This document shows positions 17,574 through 27,844 of a stretch of 64,000 nt of DNA, in pieces. Position numbers and translations under genes: made by a program. Source of the DNA: Candidatus Pacebacteria bacterium CG_4_9_14_0_2_um_filter_40_15. GTDB taxonomy: Bacteria > Patescibacteriota > Microgenomatia > UBA1400 > PJMF01. The notes beneath the pieces were generated by a model. The model worked only from the letters and a program-made list of their open reading frames with translations, did no database searches and was not told where the DNA came from. Location: NCBI GenBank assembly GCA_002788675.1, contig PFRS01000007.1, positions 270 through 64,269 of the forward strand. Direction: 5' to 3'. Position 1 is the first letter of the stretch. Every line of letters begins with the position of its first letter.

Positions 17574-19001
17574 TTAGTTAATTTGTAAAATAGATAACGT
17601 ATTGGTTAGTCCTGGTTTCTTCCAGAAAGTACCGTGTACAAGTAATACTGTTTCACCAACTTTAGCTATATTCAATTCTTTTATTCTATCCAAAAGTGCT
17701 TCAGAACTTTCTAATTTATCTTTACTTGAAAGCTCTACCATGTGAGCTTCAACGCCGTAAAGGAGAGAAAGCTTGCTGTAGGTTGAGACGCTACTGGTAA
17801 GGACGTGCACAGGCACATGAGGTCTAAATCTTGAAAGATTTCGAGCAGTCTGACCTGTTTCTGACAAACAGACAATCTTATCGATTTGGATATTATTACT
17901 TTGGAGCAAAGAAACTTCAAGTAGAGAGACAGCTGAGTGTGTGATGTATGCAGATGCATCAGAGTCTTCGGTAGCAATTGGCTGTGGATAGGCATGATCT
18001 TCATTGAAGGCTGCAATGCGTGCCTGAGTAGCAACTGCTTTTACAGGGTAATCGCCAATTGTAGTTTCTTCAGAAAGCATCACGGCATCGGTTCCGTCGT
18101 AAATAGCATTGGCAACGTCTGAAACTTCTGCTCTTGTTGGCCGTGGATTATTGACCATTGATTTGAGCATTTGTGTAGCTGTGATAACTGGTTTGCCAAG
18201 TTCACGACACTTCAAAATTATTGTCTTTTGCCAGAAAGCTAACTCTTCAAATGGAACTTCAACTGCTAAGTCACCTCGAGCCACCATGATTGCATCAGAT
18301 GCAACGATAATTTCGTCGATGTTATCGATTGCTGATTGGTTCTCAATTTTTCCAACAATTCTACAATCTTCAAGTCCACGAGCATCGAGCTCATTTCGTA
18401 GGATTTTAATGTCTTGTTCGTTACGAACAAATGAAAGTGCAACAAAATCTACGTTCCCTTTTTTAATACCATCTAGCTGGACAAAGTCTGTAGGAATAAG
18501 TGAAGGTAGCTCAATTGTTACACCTGGAGTATTGAGCGTTTTTCTGTTTGAAACAGTAAAGCTGCCGAGTGCTGTGGCGTGTAAATCAATTCCTGAAATT
18601 TGAGAGACCACAAATTCACCAAGACCATCATCAATGAGAATGCGGTCGCCGGTTGAAAGCGTTTCAATTACTATTTGAGGAATAAAAGCTGATCGCTTGC
18701 CATTACCTTTTTCATTAGAAGTGAAGATCATATCTTCACCTTCTTTAATTTCAAAAGCTTCTCCATTTGGAATGGTGATGCGGATTTCTGGACCCTGAAG
18801 ATCAAGAAGTACTCCAACTGGTGTATTAAGTTCTTTTGCAACTTTTTTTACACGTTCAATACGCTCCTGATGCCACTCTGGGGTGCCATGTTTAGTGTTA
18901 AAACGGGCAACGTTCATTCCTGCTCGGATGAGTTGTTCGATAACTTCTTCTGTTTCGGTTGCTGGGCCAATTGTGGCCACGATTTTGGTAGATTTTTGCA
19001 T
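17574..19001 (-). CDS. pyk: pyruvate kinase
   Basis: N-terminal TKIVATIGPA...NVARFNTKHG and the rest of the barrel and C-terminal domain are conserved. Confidence 0.9.
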   Translation of the reverse strand: MQKSTKIVATIGPATETEEVIEQLIRAGMNVARFNTKHGTPEWHQERIERVKKVAKELNTPVGVLLDLQGPEIRITIPNGEAFEIKEGEDMIFTSNEKGNGKRSAFIPQIVIETLSTGDRILIDDGLGEFVVSQISGIDLHATALGSFTVSNRKTLNTPGVTIELPSLIPTDFVQLDGIKKGNVDFVALSFVRNEQDIKILRNELDARGLEDCRIVGKIENQSAIDNIDEIIVASDAIMVARGDLAVEVPFEELAFWQKTIILKCRELGKPVITATQMLKSMVNNPRPTRAEVSDVANAIYDGTDAVMLSEETTIGDYPVKAVATQARIAAFNEDHAYPQPIATEDSDASAYITHSAVSLLEVSLLQSNNIQIDKIVCLSETGQTARNLSRFRPHVPVHVLTSSVSTYSKLSLLYGVEAHMVELSSKDKLESSEALLDRIKELNIAKVGETVLLVHGTFWKKPGLTNTLSILQIN

Positions 19002-19164
19002 ACGTCTTTCTATTATCTGCTTTTCTTACTATTACTTCAAGTATGTAATCTGGTTGCCTCTTGTCAGTCCTAAGTGTCTACGATACAGTGGTATTCTGAA
19101 AACAAAGAATCATGTTTACTTAAGTCAAGGAGACAAGGTGAAATTGTAACATATTTTAGGATAA

Positions 19165-19731
19165 ATGAAAGGAACTATGACTGACGACACTCAGAAATTA
19201 GATGCACCAGAAGATACTACGGCACTTCCGGCAGCAGAAGAAGAAATGATGTTAGAAAGTGGTGATGACTTAGCAGCTGCTGCTCTTGCAAGCAGTGTTA
19301 GTGATGATTCAGACGATGAGACCATTGCATCCGATCAACTCGCTACCACACTTTCTTCTTTGCAAAATGTGATTGAGCGAAACGCGGATTTACTCACACA
19401 GCTTGGTTCAGATTTAAAGCTTAAACGAGAGAGTTTGAAGAATGTTTTTGATAACGATACCCAGCTTTCTGAAGCAACTCAACAACAACAAGAGGTTTCA
19501 CAGCAAGTTAAGGAACGTAAGTCAAAACTTCTAACCAGTCCAGAAGTGACTCAACTTAAGACTCAAATTGGAGAATTAAATGAGCAAAAGAAAGAAATTG
19601 AAGAAGCACTCAGTAATCACTTACTTAATTACTACCAGCTTACGAACTCAATGAGTTTTGATACCAGTGATGGTGATCAATGGGAATTTGGGATTCGTGC
19701 AAAAGTTAAAGGTAGAAAGAAACAAGAGTAA
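19165..19731 (+). CDS. acidic coiled-coil hypothetical protein
   Basis: ORF with D/E-rich N-terminus and heptad-like C-terminus. Confidence 0.45.
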   Translation: MKGTMTDDTQKLDAPEDTTALPAAEEEMMLESGDDLAAAALASSVSDDSDDETIASDQLATTLSSLQNVIERNADLLTQLGSDLKLKRESLKNVFDNDTQLSEATQQQQEVSQQVKERKSKLLTSPEVTQLKTQIGELNEQKKEIEEALSNHLLNYYQLTNSMSFDTSDGDQWEFGIRAKVKGRKKQE

Positions 19732-19832
19732 CTTAACTTTGTTTGAATGTAACTGAAAAGCGCCAGGCAATTTGCCTGGCGCTTTCCGTTTTACTTTAAA
19801 AAACATTTCAATAAGATTGAAACATGTATGTA

Positions 19833-20087
19833 TTAACTCTTTCCTAATCTTTCACCGATTCTTTGAAGAACTAGAGGAGCAATATTTTTCATGCGTTTAA
19901 GAGCTCGAGAACGCTTGCGCAGTCTACGAACTTCAGTTTTCTTAATGGTACGTTTTAGTGATGGCTTCTGAAAATAGCGACGATCACGTGCTTTGGTTAC
20001 GATGTCAGCTGCTGCTGTAGCCTTTTTAAACTTCTTAATGACGTCAAAAGTGCTATCGTTACCTTGTGCTTTTACGATAATTGGCAT
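19833..20087 (-). CDS. rpsU: 30S ribosomal protein S21
   Basis: MPIIVKAQGNDSTFDVIKKFKK...RRYFQKPS...RKRSR matches the S21 consensus in length and motifs. Confidence 0.85.
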   Translation of the reverse strand: MPIIVKAQGNDSTFDVIKKFKKATAAADIVTKARDRRYFQKPSLKRTIKKTEVRRLRKRSRALKRMKNIAPLVLQRIGERLGKS

Positions 20088-20205
20088 GTACTCTCACCTC
20101 CTCTCCAAAAAAATTACAAATAAGTACATAAGGCTAAGCCTTAGTGCTTCTCGGGTGAAAAGCAGACTGCTATTATAACCTATAGAATTGGAAATGTCAG
20201 TAGCG

Positions 20206-20586
20206 TTACTCGTTGATGAGTGTGGCGGCTTCTTCTTCGATTTTTTCGATGCTGGCTGCCTGGTCCCAGCCACCGGTAAGGTGTACGTGTATGTGATGTA
20301 CTTGTTGTACTTTTTTACCTACGTTGAGAAACACTTTATAGTTTTCAGAAATGTTTAATTTTTTTGCAACTTTTCGAACGGTGGTAAGCAGCTGAGCATG
20401 AAATGCCTCGTCTTCCAAATCGACTTGTTCGAGTGTTTCATACTGCTTTTTAGGAATAATCAGTACATGAACAGGAGCCTTAGGGCTAATATCATTAATG
20501 GCAATGAAGTCTTCATCTTCATACTGAATTGTGGCAGGAATTTCACGATTAATTATTTTGGTAAAAATGGAAATGGAATCTGACAT
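20206..20586 (-). CDS. HIT family protein (HinT-like nucleotide phosphoramidase)
   Basis: Canonical histidine triad HHIHVHL at the C-terminus; 126 aa. Confidence 0.85.
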   Translation of the reverse strand: MSDSISIFTKIINREIPATIQYEDEDFIAINDISPKAPVHVLIIPKKQYETLEQVDLEDEAFHAQLLTTVRKVAKKLNISENYKVFLNVGKKVQQVHHIHVHLTGGWDQAASIEKIEEEAATLINE

Positions 20587-20598
20587 GTGCTCCTTCAG

Positions 20599-21537
20599 TT
20601 ATTTTTTGCCGTAGGTGTCTATGATAAGTGCGGTGATTTCATCGAGGGTAAGTGGAGAGGCTTTTTGATCTTTATTTTTGATAGAACCGTTAAGTAACAT
20701 CTTGCCACTTGAGTGTAAAAACCAATCACCGACTGTGTCACGAGCAGAAATTTTTTCAGATAGTGCAGATAAATCAATGTTAACGTCTGGCCGAGCTTTG
20801 ATACGAATATTTCCTAATTTGGGATTTTTCTTTACTACCAGTACAAACCCTTGTTTTTGTGCAGACTTTATAGTGTCATCATTCCGGGTTTCGAGTGCTA
20901 GGCACTTGCCTTGTGGAAGATCAAATGGTTTTCCTTTTTCATTAATTATTTCATTTGCTTTCACTTGCTGAGTAATAGTTGCATATACGTAATCAAGACA
21001 CTTCATTCCAAAGTGAAGTTGCGATTCATCGTCATGTGGATCGGAAAATTCGTTGCCTCTAATGAGTTCATGGATCATAAAACTATAGCGATAGGATTCT
21101 GCTTCTGGCCAGTATATTTCTCCAAAGTGATCGATTTCAGTTATGAATTTTACGATTATGTCGAGTGCTTGATCTTCTTCAAGTTCAGGATGGATTTGAA
21201 TGAGGTGATCATGCACCAGAGAGGATGCACAAATGTCTGTGCTAGCACGTTCTTTTTGATGATGATCGAACTCGCCAAGACCAGTATCTACATGTCGTAC
21301 ATCTCGTTCATCAATTCCAAGCTGCTCTATCTCATATTCTTCGATTAGACTGCCTGGATTCACAAATGCAACTTTTGCATCTCCGAAATCTTGCGTATCA
21401 AATTTTTTTAGTAACCAAACTGAGCCGATTGCATCAAGGTCTGGAGCATGATGTGTGACAATTAATCTTCTTTTTTGCATTACCTGTAGTTTACCAGACA
21501 TTTTACTATTGGTCAGACTAAGATAAAAGTTTGCCAA
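20599..21537 (-). CDS. DHH family phosphoesterase (NrnA-like nanoRNase/pAp phosphatase)
   Basis: Motifs THHAPDLDAIGS and DHHQ plus a DHHA1-like C-terminal region. Confidence 0.7.
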   Translation of the reverse strand: MANFYLSLTNSKMSGKLQVMQKRRLIVTHHAPDLDAIGSVWLLKKFDTQDFGDAKVAFVNPGSLIEEYEIEQLGIDERDVRHVDTGLGEFDHHQKERASTDICASSLVHDHLIQIHPELEEDQALDIIVKFITEIDHFGEIYWPEAESYRYSFMIHELIRGNEFSDPHDDESQLHFGMKCLDYVYATITQQVKANEIINEKGKPFDLPQGKCLALETRNDDTIKSAQKQGFVLVVKKNPKLGNIRIKARPDVNIDLSALSEKISARDTVGDWFLHSSGKMLLNGSIKNKDQKASPLTLDEITALIIDTYGKK

Positions 21538-21797
21538 AGATATGCATTTGCTGGTAAATCAAAACCCACCACATTTGCCTTAGATAAATCTAGAAAAAAT
21601 GTAGTGGGCATCCTCACCGGGATTAATTAGTACTATACCTTTTGTTCTAGAAATATGTAGTGTTAAAAAGTCACTATCTATGGGTGTATAACATCAATAC
21701 CAGGCTAACTTAAAATTTCTATATGGGTTATATTAATACGCATTATATACATAATATTTACCGCAATTTTTTAAGTAATTGCCGAATGTGCACCCCA

Positions 21798-22145
21798 CTA
21801 TAGTTTTGAAATTCGTTTAATTATAAAGAGTGCAATTTTCCACAAAAGTTTAAATGGTAACGTAATGAGTGTCCATGCAAGCGGCACGCGATCATCTTCT
21901 CCTCTTATCCATGTAGAAACCACCAGATATTTTTTTTCAGCTGGTAAATATGAAGCTACTACAAAATGGCGTCTTCCATTAATTGTTTTAATATATCGTT
22001 TCGATTGTTTTTGCTCAGATTTTACTGATTCAGGGTATGTAATAGTTTCCCATACTGAGTGATCAGCTATGCTGCGGAGCGCCATGCGCTCCGCAGCATG
22101 CTTTGTAAAGACAATATTTTTATATGTTCGTTGATGTGATGCCAT
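21798..22145 (-). CDS. DUF4258-like small protein
   Basis: N-terminal motif FTKHAAERMALRSI is characteristic of DUF4258. Hydrophobic C-terminus. Contains a 14-bp perfect palindrome. Confidence 0.4.
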   Translation of the reverse strand: MASHQRTYKNIVFTKHAAERMALRSIADHSVWETITYPESVKSEQKQSKRYIKTINGRRHFVVASYLPAEKKYLVVSTWIRGEDDRVPLAWTLITLPFKLLWKIALFIIKRISKL

Positions 22146-22154
22146 AACAGAGTA

Positions 22155-23600
22155 TTAATATGCCTGAGCAAACAACCAAGTGTGCGTTGCTGGTTTACCA
22201 CAGTGTACACATGTTCCGTGTGCTTCTTCAACATCACCTTCGTGGTTCGTGAACGGTAAACATCGAGTAGTTGCTTTTGTTTCTTCTTTAATTGCTGTTT
22301 CACAGGCTGTATCTTCGCACCAAAATGCTTTAATGAAGCCGCGATTCTCTGTCATTATTTTCTTGAAATCATCAAAGGTTGAGGCTTCAAACGTAAGTGC
22401 CTCTTGCCGCTGCTTTGCAGCATCAAATAATGCTAACTGAATATCTTCAAGCAATTTTGGAATTGTTTGACCCAATGTGGCAATGTCCATTGATATTTTT
22501 TCATGATTATAGCGAACTGAAACAGAAACTTTTCCTGAAGCAAGTTCTCTGGCTCCTACCACTATCACGAGTGGAATACCTTCAAGCTCTGCATCATTTA
22601 TTTTCCAGCCCATGGAGGTTGCAATTTCTGTGTTTGCTTCTGCACGGACTTCTTCCTGAATGAGAACATCGGTTATTGTTGCTACTGTATCGAGTGTTTC
22701 TTGATCTTTGGTTGCATTAACTACAAGTACCTGAGTAGGTGCAATTCTTGGTGGTAATACCAACCCTTCATCATCTCCATGTGTCATAATTAGCGCGCCA
22801 ATAATTCGAGTTGAGAGTCCCCAGCTATTCTGCCAAACATACTGGAGAGTATCAGAAGAGTCTTGGAACGAAATATTAAAAGCTTTAGCTTTTGAAAAGT
22901 TTTGACCCAGATGATGACTTGTTCCAGATTGAAGGGCTTTTCCATCTGGCATGAGTGCTTCAATCGTTGTAGTTACAACTGCGCCAGCGAATTTTTCAGA
23001 TTCACTTTTTCGTCCTTTTACAACAGGGATAGCTAGAAAATCTTCTGAAATTTTTCGATAACTTTCCAGTGCATCGTACATTGTTGTCAGTGCTTCAGCT
23101 TGGGTTGCATGGGCGCTGTGAGCTTCTTGCCATAAAAATTCTGTTGTTCTGAGGAAGAAGTTAGTTCGTTTTTCCCATCGCACAACATTATTCCACTGAT
23201 TAATCTTAAGTGGTAAGTCACGATGTGATTGAATCCATTTACTGTACATGTGGTACATGATTGTTTCTGAAGTTGGTCGAACTACAAGTTTCTCAGTGAG
23301 TTCTTCACCTCCTGCGTGGGTAACTACAGCCAGTTCAGGGGCAAAGCCCTCGACATGGTCAGCTTCTTTTTCTAGAAATGACATTGGAATGAAAAGTGGA
23401 AAATAGGCATTTTTAACACGCATTGCAGATAACATTGGTTGATAACTCTGCTGGATATGTTCCCACAAACCATAGCCGTTGGGACGAATAACCATACATC
23501 CTTTAACTGGCGAGTAATCGGCAAGCTTTGCTTGCTGAATGACTTGTGTATACCATTTGCTCATGCTCTCCGATTTAGGAGTTAGATCTCGTTTAGCCAT
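22155..23600 (-). CDS. proS: prolyl-tRNA synthetase, archaeal/eukaryotic-type (C-terminal zinc-binding domain)
   Basis: Class II motifs plus C-terminal CxxC...CxxC. The ORF track starts at 23639 inside the leader terminator. The start is more likely MAKRDL at 23600, preceded by AGGA. Confidence 0.9.
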   Translation of the reverse strand: MAKRDLTPKSESMSKWYTQVIQQAKLADYSPVKGCMVIRPNGYGLWEHIQQSYQPMLSAMRVKNAYFPLFIPMSFLEKEADHVEGFAPELAVVTHAGGEELTEKLVVRPTSETIMYHMYSKWIQSHRDLPLKINQWNNVVRWEKRTNFFLRTTEFLWQEAHSAHATQAEALTTMYDALESYRKISEDFLAIPVVKGRKSESEKFAGAVVTTTIEALMPDGKALQSGTSHHLGQNFSKAKAFNISFQDSSDTLQYVWQNSWGLSTRIIGALIMTHGDDEGLVLPPRIAPTQVLVVNATKDQETLDTVATITDVLIQEEVRAEANTEIATSMGWKINDAELEGIPLVIVVGARELASGKVSVSVRYNHEKISMDIATLGQTIPKLLEDIQLALFDAAKQRQEALTFEASTFDDFKKIMTENRGFIKAFWCEDTACETAIKEETKATTRCLPFTNHEGDVEEAHGTCVHCGKPATHTWLFAQAY

Positions 23601-23614
23601 GATTCCTTTCAGTT

Positions 23615-23905
23615 TATTTTGGGTAAAAAAAAGACCCATGTAAACAACTACTTTGTGTTTACAAGGGCTCTCTTATGAGGGCGGTACCACCTTGTTTTTG
23701 ATTATTTCTAATCAAATCTTGATGATTGCACTGGTATGCAATCGAGCACATGATTTCGGGTGCTTGCCGGATAAGTTAGCAGTTCTATCTAAATAGACAA
23801 AGGATCCTTATCGATTCTCGCTTGTTTGCGACCTCAAGTTAGGAGCTTAAGGTATACACAACCTGTGTATGAAATCTAGTAGATAGTATACTAAAAATTG
23901 ACCTG
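23615..23905 (-). promoter_or_regulatory. T-box riboswitch leader of proS
   Basis: Minus-strand sense reads AAGGTGGTACCGCCC (T-box consensus AGGGTGGNACCGCG). It is followed by a terminator hairpin cccttgtaaaca...tgtttacatggg + UUUUUUUU whose 5' arm is complementary to the T-box (antiterminator/terminator switch). Confidence 0.65.
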
Positions 23906-23922
23906 ATATACCAGTACTAACT

Positions 23923-24822
23923 TTATATCCAGGCTTTGAGTGCATTTGCAAAGAGTTCAGATGCATCAAGTATAGTGACTTTAGGAGGGAGATCTTTTTG
24001 GACAATAGTATTTGCTACAACGACACTATCTATGCTTTCGTGAGATAATTTTTCTCTAGCTCCCTGAGTTAAAACTGGATGTGTTGCTAGAAAGTGTACT
24101 TCTTTAGCACCCTTTTCTTTAAGAAGCTTGCTCGCTTCAAGAACAGTGCCACCAGAAAGTATTGAATCATCAAAGACTACAACAATCTTACCTTCAACAG
24201 ATCCCCCTTGGAGAGATTGGGCGGTAACTTCACCCGTGCTTAGGTCTCGGTGTTTATCCACATTTACCAAATTAGTATGTAATTCGTTTGCAAACATATG
24301 TGCGCGTTTTAGGCCGCCAAAGTCTGGGCTAGCTACCACAATCTCATTTAGATCAAATGATTGACGGACGTACTCAGTGAAGAGTGAAATTGCAGAAAGA
24401 TTTTGGGTTGGAATGGTGAAAAATCCTGGAACGCTACTATTATGTATATCAAGTAATGTTGCTCGTTTTACATAACTGTTTGAAACTAAGTTCGCGACTA
24501 CTTTTGCTGCAATTGGTTCACCTAAGCGGAATGATTTATCCTGAAGTGAGTATCCCATCCAGGGAATGATCGCATGGATATGACGGGCACCCAATCGCTC
24601 TAAGGCGTCGGTGATAAGTAAGAACTCCATGATGTTTTCATCGGTTGGATCGGAAAATGACTGAACAAAGGCGATATTCTCCCCTTCGATCTTGTCTTTA
24701 ATCCAGATGCGTTTTTCACCATTGGCAAATTTTGAAATCTCAATTGAGATTGTTTCAAGTCCAAGTCTGGTACTAAGATTTTTTGCAAAATCTGGGTTAG
24801 ATGATCCTGAGATTAGTTTCAT
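23923..24822 (-). CDS. prs: ribose-phosphate pyrophosphokinase
   Basis: PRPP synthetase N- and C-terminal domains with the PRPP-binding loop VVFDDSILSGGT. Confidence 0.9.
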   Translation of the reverse strand: MKLISGSSNPDFAKNLSTRLGLETISIEISKFANGEKRIWIKDKIEGENIAFVQSFSDPTDENIMEFLLITDALERLGARHIHAIIPWMGYSLQDKSFRLGEPIAAKVVANLVSNSYVKRATLLDIHNSSVPGFFTIPTQNLSAISLFTEYVRQSFDLNEIVVASPDFGGLKRAHMFANELHTNLVNVDKHRDLSTGEVTAQSLQGGSVEGKIVVVFDDSILSGGTVLEASKLLKEKGAKEVHFLATHPVLTQGAREKLSHESIDSVVVANTIVQKDLPPKVTILDASELFANALKAWI

Positions 24823-24842
24823 ACTCCCTATTGTATCGTATT

Positions 24843-27779
24843 TTAGCCCTTATGTTCAGGCGCATCGATAAGTCCGCACTTTTTATACTTGAGTCCACTG
24901 CCACAAGGACAAGGATCATTGCGTTTTATTTTTACCTTTGAGACTCCAGGTTTAGGTCTACTCGTAGCTTTTGCAGAACCCAGAGCTGAGGCTAAGTCAC
25001 CTAAAGATCCTTGTTTTGACTGAGGAGCTGTGCTTTTTTGTGATTGGTCTACATTTGAAACAGCCTGAGCAAGATTCGATGTAATGGCTTGCTTTTGAGC
25101 AACAGCTTGTTTCTGTGGAGATGACTCAACTTTTTGTTGCACTCCTCGCAATTGTACTCTAAAGAGTCTGTTTGCAATTGTGCTTTCGATTGACTGTACT
25201 AAGTCCGCAAACATTACAAAGCCTTCTTTTTTATACTCAGAAAGTACCGTCTTTTTATCACCGCGCAGCCAAATTCCTTCGCGAAGCGCATCCATGGCAT
25301 CAAGATGATCCATCCACTTTTCATCAATTGTTGAAAGTGTTACCAGTCTTTCCAGAATAGAAAGCTGTTCAGCTCCGAGAGCTTTTTCCCTGGAATCGTA
25401 TGCATCTGTTGAGATCTTTAGAAGCGTATCTTCAATATTGTTAGACGTAGTTAAAGATTTTGCTAGTTGTTGTTGTGAAGCATGGTCAAAAGGAATGAGT
25501 TTAGAAAACTCGTTTACTAACTCGTGATATTCTTCATCAACTCCTTCTGCTGGAGCATGCATTGCAGCAATACTTTTGACTTCATCCTCAATATATCCAA
25601 CTATTTGGTCATGGAGGGATTCCTCAGTCTCAGATTCAGTAGAGGCTTGTTTAAGTAGACGACGACGTCGTTCGTAAATGATTTCGCGCTGTTTGTTCAT
25701 GACGTCATCAAACTCAACTAATCGCTTACGTTGGTCAAAGAAGAATCCTTCAACTTTTACTTGAGCAGATTCGATTGATTTACTGACCATGCCATGTTCA
25801 ATGGGTTGGTTTTCTTCGATTTTGAGCATGTCCATGACTTTAGCAATTTGTTCACCTCCAAAAATGCGCATAATGTCATCTTCTAGAGCAACATAAAATT
25901 GTGAGGCACCTGGATCACCCTGACGACCTGAACGACCTCTCAGCTGATTATCAATACGACGGGATTCATGTCGTTCGGTACCAAGAACGTACAAACCACC
26001 GAGATCTTTTACTTCTTGATGCTCTTTTTTCCATGTATCGAGATCTTTGACGTATTCAGAAAGTTTGTAGTTATTTGGGTTAACTGATGGAGGCACTTGC
26101 ACTCCATATTTGTCTTGAATTTCTTTTCGTTCTTTTTGAGTTGGAATGTCTTTAGAGCGAGTTTTTTTTCGATACTCTTTTAATTCTGGAGCCGTGCCAC
26201 CTAGTACAATGTCAACACCACGACCAGCAATGTTTGTAGCAACGGTTATAGCACCTTTTTTACCTGCGTCAGAAATAATGAATGCTTCTTTTTCGTGATT
26301 TTTAGCATTAAGAACCTGATGTGGAACATTTTTTCGCTTTAGGAAGTTTGAAATTATTTGGTTGTGTTCAATGGATTTGGTACCAATCAAAATTGGTTGG
26401 CCAGTTGCATGAATTCGGGCAACCTCATTACTAATTGCTGAATACTTAGCAGCAGTGGTTTTATAAATGATGTCACTTTTATCGTTGCGAACAACAGGTT
26501 TATTTGTTGGGACCACCAGGACTTCAGCAGCATAAATCTTCATGAATTCTTCAGACTCAGTTTGTGCAGTACCAGTCATACCACTCAGTTTTTCGTAGAG
26601 ACGAAAATAATTTTGAATTGAAATAGTTGCTAAGGTACGTGATTCACTCTGAATATTGACACCTTCTTTAGCTTCAATTGCTTGATGGAGACCATCTGAG
26701 TAACGGCGACCATACATTAAACGACCTGTATGTTCATCAACAATAACAACTTCTCCTTCACGGACAATGTAGTCTTTGTCCCGCTGAAAAATAGTTTTTG
26801 CCTTAAGAGCGGACTCCAGCTGATGAATGGTATCAAAACTTTCTTCATACAGATTTGAAACACCAAGTTTAGCTTCAATTCGTTTAACACCCAAATCTGT
26901 TAAGGTTACAGAACGGGCTTTTTCATCAATATTGTAGTCAACATCTCTGCTCAAAATGGTAACCATTTTTGCATATTCAAAATATTGTTTAGTAGGAGTT
27001 GAGTCTGGTGCTGAGATAATCAGAGGAGTTCTGGCTTCATCAATCAAAATAGAGTCAGCTTCGTCCACAATGGTGTAGTGGTGCGCGTTGTCGAAACGTT
27101 GGACCATTTGGGCTTCTTGTTGCACCATGTTGTCTCGAAGATAGTCGAAACCAAACTCATTATTTGTACCATACGTAATGTCTGCGGCATATGCTTCACG
27201 GCGACTAATATCTTGGAAGTGCTCTAGACGTTCATCACCACGTTCTTCACTATCGATTTCAGGATTATAGAGCCGAGAGTGATCATGCACGATAACAGCT
27301 GATGAGAGGCCTAAGAAGGTATAAACTGGTCCCATCCAACCAATTCCAAGTTCAGCCAAGTAGTCATTTACTGTAATGAGGTGGGCGCCTTTGCCTAGAA
27401 GCGCATTAAGATACAAAGGAGCGGTAACGGTTAACGTTTTACCTTCACCTGTACGCTGTTCAGTGATCATGCCTTTGTGCAGAGCAATACCAGCAATGAG
27501 CTGAACGTCGTAGTGGCGCATTCCAAGTACACGTCGTGAAGTCTCACGTACCGTTGCAAACGCTTCTGGAAGGAGTGCATCAAGAATATCAGCATCGGAT
27601 GTCCCCCTTGAGGTTTCTTCAGCGATTCTCTTTTTGAATTCTTGTGTTTTTTTTGCAAGTTGAGCATCAGTTAATTTAAGAAACTCTGGCTCGAGTGCAT
27701 TAATTGCATCGACAATGCCTTGAAAAGAATTAAGATTCTTTTTGTTATCGTCGAACATGTTGGAAAGGAATTTAAGCAT
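24843..27779 (-). CDS. secA: preprotein translocase ATPase SecA (with C-terminal zinc finger CPCGSG...KKCG)
   Basis: DEAD motor motifs, preprotein cross-linking domain and C-terminal Zn finger all recognisable. Confidence 0.95.
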   Translation of the reverse strand: MLKFLSNMFDDNKKNLNSFQGIVDAINALEPEFLKLTDAQLAKKTQEFKKRIAEETSRGTSDADILDALLPEAFATVRETSRRVLGMRHYDVQLIAGIALHKGMITEQRTGEGKTLTVTAPLYLNALLGKGAHLITVNDYLAELGIGWMGPVYTFLGLSSAVIVHDHSRLYNPEIDSEERGDERLEHFQDISRREAYAADITYGTNNEFGFDYLRDNMVQQEAQMVQRFDNAHHYTIVDEADSILIDEARTPLIISAPDSTPTKQYFEYAKMVTILSRDVDYNIDEKARSVTLTDLGVKRIEAKLGVSNLYEESFDTIHQLESALKAKTIFQRDKDYIVREGEVVIVDEHTGRLMYGRRYSDGLHQAIEAKEGVNIQSESRTLATISIQNYFRLYEKLSGMTGTAQTESEEFMKIYAAEVLVVPTNKPVVRNDKSDIIYKTTAAKYSAISNEVARIHATGQPILIGTKSIEHNQIISNFLKRKNVPHQVLNAKNHEKEAFIISDAGKKGAITVATNIAGRGVDIVLGGTAPELKEYRKKTRSKDIPTQKERKEIQDKYGVQVPPSVNPNNYKLSEYVKDLDTWKKEHQEVKDLGGLYVLGTERHESRRIDNQLRGRSGRQGDPGASQFYVALEDDIMRIFGGEQIAKVMDMLKIEENQPIEHGMVSKSIESAQVKVEGFFFDQRKRLVEFDDVMNKQREIIYERRRRLLKQASTESETEESLHDQIVGYIEDEVKSIAAMHAPAEGVDEEYHELVNEFSKLIPFDHASQQQLAKSLTTSNNIEDTLLKISTDAYDSREKALGAEQLSILERLVTLSTIDEKWMDHLDAMDALREGIWLRGDKKTVLSEYKKEGFVMFADLVQSIESTIANRLFRVQLRGVQQKVESSPQKQAVAQKQAITSNLAQAVSNVDQSQKSTAPQSKQGSLGDLASALGSAKATSRPKPGVSKVKIKRNDPCPCGSGLKYKKCGLIDAPEHKG

Positions 27780-27844
27780 ACGACTCTTTTCTGTGTTTTT
27801 TTGAGCTTACTTGAAGGGTCATTATACCCCACTCTGCCGTGATG

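Noticed and set aside
17735-18603. Antisense ORFs inside pyk (17735..18034, 17937..18122, 18109..18603) and similar antisense ORFs inside secA, serS, lysS, atpD, atpB, proS, malic enzyme and the 638-aa gene
   Set aside because: Each is embedded in the opposite strand of a well-supported conserved gene, and the composition is typical of frame-shadow ORFs.
22069-22099. The 14-bp palindrome as the proS intrinsic terminator
   Set aside because: No U-tract follows it in minus-strand sense, and it lies inside a plausibly conserved coding motif of the downstream ORF.
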